A stretch of 64,000 bases of DNA from Octopus vulgaris (lineage: Eukaryota): NCBI GenBank assembly GCA_951406725.2, contig OX597815.1, positions 52,638,001-52,702,000 on the forward strand, given 5' to 3'. Positions within the stretch are counted from its first letter, which is position 1, and every line of letters starts with the position of its first letter. A program made the translations under genes and the position numbers. The notes beneath the pieces were generated by a model. It worked only from the letters and a program-made list of their open reading frames with translations. It was not told the origin of the DNA and ran no database searches. Below are positions 54,250-64,000 of this stretch, one piece after another.

Positions 54250-54990
54250 ACAATCGAACAGGTGGAGGTCATAAGGTGCCAAATCCAAGCTTCACTGTAG
54301 ATGGGGGAATGCTGACCAATCCAGTTGGCTGGGTGCCTGAGCTGTCAGTGTGTGTTTACACACTGTCTTGGCGAAGATCATTTTCAGATTCTTATTCTAT
54401 CTCTTACTCCTAATACCTTCTCTAAGCTTTTGAGCGCCTCAATCTACCGCTTGTTGTTCACGTTGTAGCCAGATAATCAAGGAAATGACGCCTTTGTCAT
54501 CTCCATAAAACAACAGCCACTATGATTTTTTTGTGCCAATCATGGGCTCTTGAACTTAGGCCTTGGAAAAAAAGGTTGTCATGCCATTCCATGGATCGTA
54601 CTTTCGTTTTCGGTCCATAGAGATACGCCCAAGTTTCATCCCCTCTCACCAGATCGGAAAGAACCTACCTTTATTGGCTTCAAACGCTTCCATCAGATCA
54701 GAGAAATCTTTCACCTTCTCTCATTCAAATCAGTTGTCAAGTACTGAGTCGCCAAAGTCTTCCTTCACCTTCTTGTAATTAATTTTGATCACAGTCTAGC
54801 TGTGCTGCAAGCTAACGTATTTGGACTCATCTGCCGTGTTAATCAAGTCAATTCGCGTCAGTGGTCATCGGGGATGATTACTTTTCAGTCTTAGTTTCCT
54901 TTACTTCTTCTGCAATCTGTCCCACATTGCTCTTCTCAAACTATAAATAGCTTGTAGCCTTTCGTGGGTATCAAACATCATGCACCCCTC
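54250..54990 (-). mobile_element. Mariner transposase relic
   Basis: LVRGDETWAYLYGPKTKVRSMEWH; KGVISL/DYL; SLDLAPYDLHLF. Confidence 0.8.
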
Positions 54991-55071
54991 CTTTATTAAT
55001 AACCAATAACAGTATGTTGCTTCAGCCTGCAACAAAGAAATGCAGGAAGAAAGTGACTATAGAAGAGTCAC

Positions 55072-55270
55072 CTTCGGTACAAGGCCAGAAATTTCGGGGG
55101 AGGAGTAAGTCAATTACACATCCCCTAGCGTACAATTGGTACTTATTTTATCGACCCCAAAAGGGTGAAAAGTAAAGTCGACCTCAGCGGAATTTGAACT
55201 CAGCACGACGAACGCACTGCCGCTAAGCATTTTGCCCAGCGTGCTGGCGATCCTGCCAGCTCGCCACCTA
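55072..55270 (-). mobile_element. SINE family B
   Basis: Reverse complement of 55880-56090. Confidence 0.88.
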
Positions 55271-55879
55271 AGCCTAAGTCAAATGTTAGCCCTTCTTTTA
55301 CATTACTTTCGGTACAACTCACCTATTTTAAAATAAGTTTTTGACAGAATAGAGTATATTTTTGTTTAGTTTATACTTTTACAGCAACTGAATATCTTAC
55401 TGTTGTCGCTTAGGTGGAATATTTTCTTTCTATGATATATTTACACTTTCAGCACATAAACAAGTGGACAGATGTGTAGACGCAACAGAAGGCTATCAAA
55501 CATCTATAAATATAAATAATACGTGCATGATAATATAAAGCATAATCATTTTAAAATGTCATGAAAATCACAACTTTTTTTATTATTTCCTGTTGGCCAG
55601 AATAAATATTTAGTATATTTGCAGTGACAATGGCAGCAGAGTGACCGATGATCAAAGACGTTCTAACCATCATTTCTCGGCAATACTAGTAGATCAAGGG
55701 TTACATTATCCAATGTCTTATTCGTTTCTTAAGGCAGTTTAAGGGGCTGCATAGAAACTCCTAAGTTGGATCGAGGCAATGGCCGGAAGGTGAAAGTGGC
55801 AATGATATAGCAAAGGTAATGCATCAACAAGTGCAACTTCAAATCATCATCATTATTATTATTACTATTATTATTACAC

Positions 55880-56090
55880 AAGGCGACGTGCTGACAGAAT
55901 CATTAGCATGCCGGACAAAATACTTAGCGGTATTTTCGTCCATCATTACTTTCTGAGCTCAAATTTCGTCGAGGTCGACTTTGCCTTTCATCCTTTCGGG
56001 GTCGATAAATATCAGTCATGTGCTGGGGTTGCTGTGATAGACATACCACCTCCCTCAAAATTTCAGGCCTTGTGCCTATAGCAGAAAGGA
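55880..56090 (+). mobile_element. SINE family B
   Basis: AAGGCGACGTGCTGACAGAATC...GAGGTCGACTTTGCCTTTCATCCTTTCGGGGTCGATAAA. Confidence 0.9.
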
Positions 56091-56104
56091 TTATTATTAT
56101 TATT

Positions 56105-56624
56105 GAGTGAGAGAGCAGTGCATGCCATCAAAGTGACACTGGGGTAAAATATACGAAGCCCAGTATACTCATCATGACTACCCGTCTGATAAGAGTACAC
56201 CAGGCACATGCATCGCAACCATATGTGCGCAACATGGTGATTTCATATCAAGATAAACAGTGCATGACCTTGCAGGTGGGGTCTAGTTAGAATTTTCTTC
56301 TGGTCAAGTAGCCCATCCTGCTCAAAAGATCCCTGAATAAGGATTGTTTAAGGATGTTGAACGAACCACCTATGTTTCCAAAGGTGACTTATCCATATCT
56401 CCAAGAATTCCTTTCAACATACGGCTATGATGCTCCCCCACTACTTCTGCTTGTGATCAGAGATGCACATATTGGCAGCCACTAAGGCCAAGCAACTGAC
56501 AAGCAAATCTGTGGTATTGAGCAGAGTATTTGCTGTAGCCCATCTTTTATACCAAGACAAAAGAATGTACATGATAACACTTCCAATCAGTTAAGATCAG
56601 CAGCCATGAAAGCCATTGCCTAGT

Positions 56625-56625
<1 letters not shown>
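56105..56625. mobile_element. Unclassified ~520-bp non-coding repeat in (ATT)n, copy 1
   Basis: Colinear with 58097-58630; both start GAGTGAGAGAGCAGTGCAT. Confidence 0.85.
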
Positions 56626-56869
<244 letters not shown>

Positions 56870-56870
<1 letters not shown>

Positions 56871-57260
56871 TACTGGATTGACAACAGCCCTTTCAGTGAG
56901 ACCAAACGCTTTGCGTGACTTGTTCCGACACTTAACGTTCAGACTTCAAATTCCACCGAAGTGAACTTTGCGCTCATCTCTCTGGGATCGATTTAACTGA
57001 ATAACACATACCCCGCTTTAACTCGAGACCTTGTGTCACAAATTTATGTGTCTCGCAAAGATTCGTCTTTATGGAAGAATCGTTAGCATGCAGGGCCAAA
57101 TGCTTAGTGGCATTTCGACCGTCTTTACGTTCTGATTTCAAATGCCGCAAAGGTTGACTTTGCTTTTCATCATTGCAAGGTTGGTAAATTAAATACCAGT
57201 TGTGTACTGGAATTAATGTAATCGACCAAAATTTCTGGCCTTCTGCCTACAGAAGAAATA
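56870..57260 (+). mobile_element. Two diverged SINE family B copies
   Basis: TTCAAATTCCACCGAAGTGAACTTTGC and GAATCGTTAGCATG...AGGTTGACTTTGCTTTTCATC. Confidence 0.75.
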
Positions 57261-57264
57261 AATC

Positions 57265-58080
57265 AGTCTACGATGATCAACTAAGCAGTCTATTTGGGAG
57301 AACTTTCGAGCTGGAAACTATGGATAACTTCTAGAAGTCCCTCGCCTAGCAGTGCTGCCGAGGGACGCTGCCCGTTCGAAATAAACTTTACAGGCACGGA
57401 AGTGCCGTCAGCCGGGCTTGCCCGAGGTGCGCTCAGAGCGACGAATCCGATCTGCACGCACACGTCCTGTGCCCGAGCATTACTGAATTATGGGTTTATG
57501 TCGAACAGCTGCTCTCGCGTGTAGGAAGGATCCGGCTATCAGCAGAATCCATAGTGAAGATTGCCACAACGGCCTCCTTTAACCGGGAGGGGAAGCCAAT
57601 TTTCATTTGTCTGGCGGCTGTAGCAGAAGTAGTATGGTGAACCCGTTTGAAAGGGCTAAAGTCTTACACTTTCCTCTTTGACCAAGGCCTCATCAACTTT
57701 TTCAAGTTCCACTTGAAAAAGGTGAGGGTAGAGAGAAAAGAGTTGTCTTCAAGCAAATTTGTTGAAAGGTGGGTGAATGTCGGCAAAATGGGCAGTATGG
57801 ATGGACCAATTCTGAGATTATACCTGTAAAAAAGGTATAAAAGGAAGAGAAAGGACTTTTGCCCTGTTGACCAGACACCCGTAGCTTTTATGGGCTTTTC
57901 CACGGGTAACCTTTAAAGCGCCCCTCCCCTTTTGGGAGTTTTTACTTGTTACATTGTTTTTTCTGTTATCAAATGTTTACACGAACCTTTTTTGCTTTTG
58001 CAAAACCATCTGTATATCGTCTTGCGTTGTCCTTTAATGTTTTTGATTTATAGTAGCCCTTGTAGCCAATAAAACGAATG
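57265..58080 (+). mobile_element. Tx1/L1-clade LINE 3' end (zf-RVT-like), with stops
   Basis: DDQLSSLFGRTF..MDNF*KSLA*QCCRGTLPVRNKLYRHG..ACPRCAQSDE..LHA..C; ends GCCAATAAAA. Confidence 0.85.
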
Positions 58081-58096
58081 AATTATCATTATTATT

Positions 58097-58627
58097 GAGT
58101 GAGAGAGCAGTGCATACCATGAAAGTGACACTGGGGTAAAATATACGAAGCCCAGTATACCCACCATAACTACCGATCTGATAAAGGTACACCAGACACA
58201 AGCATCATAACCATTTGTGCGCGACATGGTGATCTTAGCGCATGACCTTGCATGTTGGGTCTAGTTAGAATTTTCTTCTGGTCGAGTAGCCCATCCCGCT
58301 CAAAAGATACCTGAATAAGGGTTGTTTAAGGATGCTGAACACCCATGTTTCCAAAGGTGAATTATCCAAACCTCAAAGAATTCCTCTCAGCACATGGCTA
58401 TGATTCTCCCCACACTACCCCTGCTCGGTATCAGAGATGCATACATCGTCAGCCACTAAGGGACATGTTCAACTGGTTAAGGTCAAACAACTGATAAGCA
58501 AATCTGGTATTAAGCTGAATCGTTTCTGTAGCCCATCCTTTATACCAAGACAAAACGATGAACATGATAATACTTCCAATCAGTTAAGATCAGAAGTCAT
58601 GAGAGCCACTCGGTACTGCATCAGGTC

Positions 58628-58630
<3 letters not shown>
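58097..58630. mobile_element. Unclassified ~530-bp non-coding repeat in (ATT)n, copy 2
   Basis: Colinear with 56105-56625. Confidence 0.85.
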
Positions 58631-58711
<81 letters not shown>

Positions 58712-58719
58712 CATCATCA

Positions 58720-58777
<58 letters not shown>

Positions 58778-59205
58778 CATTTTATATTTGACTTTTGCTT
58801 TATGTCTGTACAAGTTGGCTCCAAGTCTCACCCAGAGACCTCAAGAGACAACAGGTTGGAAGTTCTGTGCCATATATTTGGTTTTTTTTTGGTGGGGGTG
58901 TTGTACTAGTGAATGTCTAATACATAAAAAAATAAATAAATAAATTAATTAATTAAAAAAAAGTTTGCTTTAAACCTTGGGATTACATAGAGAGTATTTT
59001 GCGTAGGATATGAGCAGTTCCCATGAGCACTATCTTTTGAATTTCTGCCATTCTGGGGTTTCCTGGTATCTGAGTTAGGTAGCAATCAGTCCCTTTCGCT
59101 ATCATTCCCAGGGCACCTATGACAACAGATATTGTTTTAGTCTTCAGCTTCCACATTTTGCTGATTTCTATTTCAAGATCTTTATATTTGCTCAGTTTTT
59201 GGTAG
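58778..59205 (-). mobile_element. R4/Dong-like LINE extreme 3' end
   Basis: KLSKYKDLEIEISKMWKLKTKTISVVIGALGMI...IQKIVLMGTAHILRKILSM*; (ATT)n on both sides. Confidence 0.9.
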
Positions 59206-59208
59206 GTC

Positions 59209-59287
<79 letters not shown>

Positions 59288-59326
59288 TATTATTATTATT
59301 ATTGTTATTATTATTATTATTATTAC

Positions 59327-59377
<51 letters not shown>

Positions 59378-59475
59378 GAGTTTACTGGCTCCCGATCAGT
59401 AAAGAAATACGATACCAGAAAAATAAATCTTCCCGACCAATGCTTAACCAACTTAAACACACATGCACAAAGAAG

Positions 59476-59527
<52 letters not shown>

Positions 59528-59983
59528 AGGTTGGCGAAAGAAAGAAAGAAAGGGAGCTTAATGCAGATTCGTAAAGATTTACAGAGCAAATATTCAATAT
59601 ATAAATAACTTACATCTCAGACTTAGGAAAGTTTCGGTTCAGTTGACAGCTTTATGAGTGAAACGGAATAACTGTTATACATCTACATATATAAGAAAGA
59701 ATGTTATTCAAGTGACTTCTGTTAGTTGGTTTATTACATTTTATCAAATTTGTCAAAAGTTTGATAAACGAAGACTCATTACTATATGACAGACAAACGC
59801 GAGTGTGCACACACACTCATATATGTGTGTATATATGTATATTACACAATATAACAAACCACTCAAGATCGTTATTAGAGAATCCACATAAGTGGAGTCA
59901 AGACCAGTTACTTTGTACTGCCATCGTATCGTATTAGTTACAATATAAAAAAAAAATTGTGATATTTTGAAGTCATTTAATAT

Positions 59984-61054
59984 TGTTGTGGTTCGGTGGG
60001 TACAGTATTTCTTGACCTACTTTGTTGAGAGTGGAGACGGAAAGTCTGGAATAAAAAGTTACAGCCCTTTGTTTACTGGAAGAGTAATGGCTTTTGGGGG
60101 GATCTTTGGCCTTTCGCCGGTCAAGAAGGGGCCGAGGAAGATAGAGTAAGGAAGAATCTAGTGACAGTGAAGAAGAGGAAGAAGAAAGTAGTGAGAAAGA
60201 CAGAGTAAGGGATCTGAGAGCTGTCATGAGAGAGTGACAGCAACAGCGTCGATGAAGATAGGCAGATTAAGGAATCTGAGAGCAGATAGAGAGGATATTA
60301 GCAGTGCAGAGACAGATTGAGGGTAGTGATAGAGCAACAGTCGGTATTCGGTCGTCAAAGCGAGCAGTTGGGATTTTAGGAGCGAGGATTTGGGAATTCG
60401 GGGCAAGAGTTTGGCAAGTTGGAGCTAGCAGTACTGAGAGAGATGAGGTACAATATGAGGCGTTGGCTAATGTAAGGTACGTGAATTGTGTATTGATATG
60501 TGAAGAAAAAGAAGGACAAGGAATCGATGTATTGAACAGTGAAAAGAAATGAGACAGTGAAAAGAACAATGTAAAATGTGTAAGGACATTGTGTACAGTG
60601 TTGTGATTTGAACATTGTATAATGAACATTGAACTGTTAGGCCTTTAATGTCCTTCGAACTGTATATGCCTTTAATGTGTTTTGAAATAGAACTGTGTCT
60701 TCGGACGTGTACTCTTGAAATACTGATGTATTGAACTTGATGTGTTGTTACCGGACGGTTATATTGTATCTGCATGTTTAAATGCTTTGATCTGTGGTAT
60801 ACCTGTATGATGTGTTGATTCTGTTACTTGCTTGTATTTACCTGATGTATCTTTAAATGTAATTGATGTTGTAACAATTGATTGTCATATAAACTAGTTG
60901 TTAAATGTAAGCCAGTTGTGCCTTGCCTCTTTGTGTCTCTCTCGATTGCCTCTGTGCTGCTGCTGCTGTTGTTGTTGTATCTCTCTCTCCTCTCTGAGTC
61001 TCCGTGGCGAAAACATTCGCTGATCGACCGGGCGACGGCAGGTGGTCCGTAACA
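59984..61054. mobile_element. Solo LTR (Ty3/Gypsy-type), 1071 bp
   Basis: Termini TGTTGTGG...CCGTAACA (TG..CA, imperfect inverted ends); 4-bp TSD ATAT at 59980-83 and 61055-58; no coding capacity. Confidence 0.72.
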
Positions 61055-61286
61055 ATATGCACGTTATTTTTGAAATGCTTTGACTGAAGAAGGATTACGT
61101 AATGGATGCATTTCCTATTATATATTATGCAAACCTGAAACGATACCACTACAAACAAGCCTGTTTGATTCCACTTATGCGAATACTTTATCAACGATTT
61201 GGAGTAGCTTGTTATATTATTTTACTGGAGTCGAATATTCCGGTACCCTACTCTGCTTCTTAGCGTAACTCGAAATATATACATGA

Positions 61287-61330
<44 letters not shown>

Positions 61331-61999
61331 CAATAACACATTACAAAATGATTAATAACACCATACCTATGTAATTCTAACGTCTTTTTAGTTTATATAA
61401 TGAGCTACTGACGAGTAATTTCTGACAACTCAGATTCTTAAATATGAAATTCTTGTTTTTCTGTATCAAAAAATTGTATAGCTACATGAATTAAAAAATT
61501 ACCATTTATATTAACATCTAATCTCCTCCATTTACGTAAATATGAATACATTTTTTGAACTCTGTTTAATAAGTTGTTAAATCATATACTTAAATCATAT
61601 ATATGTTAAATCATATATATGTTAAATCATATACATATTTGTATATAAATTTTCATATCTACACAAACTTATACTACTATATTCAAAAGTAAAGTATGAA
61701 GAAACGTGAGAAATCTTTTGAAATTACTCAAATTAAAGGACGAACTCACATTCAACCCCTTTAAAAAATATATAAACATGTATGTATATGTATGCGTGCG
61801 TGCGTGTATGTATGTTTGTATTATGTATGTGGAAAATTAAACAGGAATGGTGGAATGACAGAGAAAAAGGGGTGTAAGAAGCAGCTGATAGAAATGATGC
61901 CAAGGGTTTGTACTTTTATGTTAAGGAGGTATATCTTCTTCAATACTCTTATGTTAAAGAGGTAAACCTTTTTCAATAGCGCCAGTGAGAACAGTAAAT

Positions 62000-63755
62000 A
62001 GACATTTGCTTTTGACTGACACCGCTTCTGTTCCTAAGCGCTGGCAGAACATTTTTGTGCACTTTCGCGTAGACTATCATCCGTTGACATGAGCGTGATG
62101 AAAAGAATCATCATTGATTTAGCTGTGAATAAGCTGTATAACAATAAGTCTTCAGGGTCTGATGGAATCTGTGCATAGGTCCTGACAAAATGCTTGAACT
62201 CTTCAATATATTAATTTGTTACTGTTGGAGAACCGAGCAAGTGCCTCAAAACTGGATTGATGCCATTTTAGTCTCCTTGTATGAATCGGGGCCAAAGTAT
62301 TTGTGTAGAAATTCTTGTGGGATTTCGCTTTTGTCAGTAGTTGGGAAGGCACTTGCCTGCATTCTGTTAGAACGTTTAAATGCCTCCATAATGTCTGAGT
62401 CTTAATGTGGTTTTCATTCCTTCACAGTTGGTTGTATCTTTAGTATCAGACAACTACAGGAAATGCACTTTGAACAGAATCTTGCTCTATACCATTGCTT
62501 TGTTGATTTAAGCAAGGTATTCGATACTGCTAATCGAAATGCTCTTAGGGAACTCTTATATACTGACGATTGAGATCTAGTCAGTCACTCTGAAACGGGC
62601 CTGCAATCTATTGTATTTGCATTTGACACAACTTGTTTTGATTTTGGCTTGACCATCAACTTGAAGAAAACAGTTGTAAAGCTTCAACCTGCACGTGTTG
62701 CTGTTTGCAACCCACTTTAAATTTTTGTTAAAGGTAAGTTACTTGAGATTTTTGACTCTTTCATTTAGCTTGGAATCTCTGTACAAAATAATGGAAATCT
62801 TGACATAGAAACACATTTGCGTATTCAAAGGGCAGCACAAGCATTTGGTGGTTTGGAGTCATGAAATTGGTGGTTTGGAGTCACGAAATTGGTGGTTTGG
62901 AGCCAACGACATATAACTAATAACATCAAATTGGTTCTTTACGAACCGAAAGTCATTTCAAATTGTTAGAACAATTCCACTAAAAATACCTTCGCCGCAT
63001 TTCAAACATTAAATGGGGCATTTTTACTCCACAGATACCTTTGCGTCTGCAGGCATCACTTTAATGAAATCAATGATTCTGAAAAATAAAATGCGATTGT
63101 CTGGCTGTATTGTTTGAATGGTGGGTGAACACACACACAAACAGCTGTTTTATGGCGAGCTTGTAGAGTGGAAATGCAATCGGTGTAAACCTAGAAAAGA
63201 GGTTTAAGGACGGCATAAGGACTACAATCAAGTCACTTGGAATGGATCCAAAGGCCATAGAAGCTCTTGCTTCGGATCGAGCTGGATGGTGAACAAAAGT
63301 GTCGAGTGGAGTGAAATCGTTTGAGGAGGCCAGGATAACACATGCAACACTCAAGAGAGATTTAAAAGAGAACGTTGCGATCTAGAAGGTGAATATCAGT
63401 GACCTTTCTGTGTGCACAGCCTGTGACAGACCATGCCTGTCTTCTGCTGGGCTCAAATCTCATTTAAGGACCCATGAAAAACGAACTTCCACCAACTATT
63501 CTGCCTATATATCTGTACCCACTTATCAATGCCGTGTATGCCATAAGGTCTGCAATTGTAACGGAGGCCTCAAAAGACATTTTACGATCCACAAGATCAG
63601 AACTTAACTGCAGCTCTTAGTGGTCCAAATCGGACATGCAATCTATGTGAATATCTTTTCAATACAACGTCTGGTCTAAAAAGTCACATAAGATGCCATG
63701 ATGGATCTAAGGTGTAGGTACAACTATTGTGCATAAGGAGTAGACAACCACCATA
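62000..63755 (+). mobile_element. RTE-clade LINE relic (RT with internal deletion; two C-terminal C2H2 fingers)
   Basis: VPQNWIDAILVSLY..GISLLSVVGKALACILLERL; CIFSIRQLQE; FVDLSKVFDT; LLYTDD; FGLTINLKKT; CTACDRPCLSSAGLKSHLRTH. Confidence 0.9.
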
Positions 63756-63789
63756 TATGTCTCTTCTATTTTTTAATTGTTATAAATCT

Positions 63790-64000
63790 TCCACTGAGGA
63801 GGAAACCAGTTTCCAACTACAAACATATTCAGATTTGGAACTTGAGAATAGACTTGCATATTTTTACTGTTTCACACACAGATTGCACTTGTAATGTACG
63901 AATTAGTCGGTCGATTTCTGTTTCTGAAAATCCCAGTTTATCCAGATTCTCACTTAAGCATTTACTAACAAAACCTAGTGTTCCAATTATAATGGTTATG
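63790..64000 (-). mobile_element. REL-type LINE 3' end (same family as 956-1198 and 47962-48690), cut by the window edge
   Basis: ITIIIGTLGFVSKCLSENLDKLGFSETEIDRLIRTLQVQSVCETVKICKSILKFQI*. Confidence 0.8.

Noticed and set aside
59973-60775. Overlapping ORFs in a GA-rich segment as a gene
   Set aside because: They lie inside the TG..CA, TSD-flanked solo LTR; low-complexity products with no recognisable domain.
61408-61460. CTGACGA...GAAA as a hammerhead
   Set aside because: Stem II is weak, with no stem III or cleavage triplet.
63389-63607. Host zinc-finger gene
   Set aside because: Colinear with the RTE ORF and followed by the element's 3' end; no evident splice structure.

Overview
AT-rich, microsatellite-saturated eukaryotic DNA. 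The SINE families and repeat landscape suggest a coleoid cephalopod, probably Octopus (inference). I find no intact host gene, and nearly all ORFs in the supplied track are simple-repeat translations or transposon remnants. The window is a nest of decayed mobile elements: many tRNA-derived SINEs (two main families); three Tc1 and three mariner-type relics; a Tigger-like MITE; R4/Dong-like, HERO-like and other REL-endonuclease LINE ends; Tx1/L1, CR1 and RTE fragments; a Penelope-like RT/GIY-YIG relic; and a Gypsy-type solo LTR. The most interesting layer is non-coding: several long fold-back elements carry minimal type I hammerhead ribozyme (HHR) motifs of the Penelope/retrozyme kind. One has a ~97-nt stem II (2019-2142). 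One has a compensated U3:A8 core inside a TSD-flanked composite that encloses a LINE 3' end (23387-24837). There is also a perfect ~300-bp palindrome (39009-39314). Different retroelement families appear to occupy different microsatellites: (TA)n, (TAA)n and (CATA)n. All alignments and translations were done by eye, so boundaries are approximate and novelty is untested.
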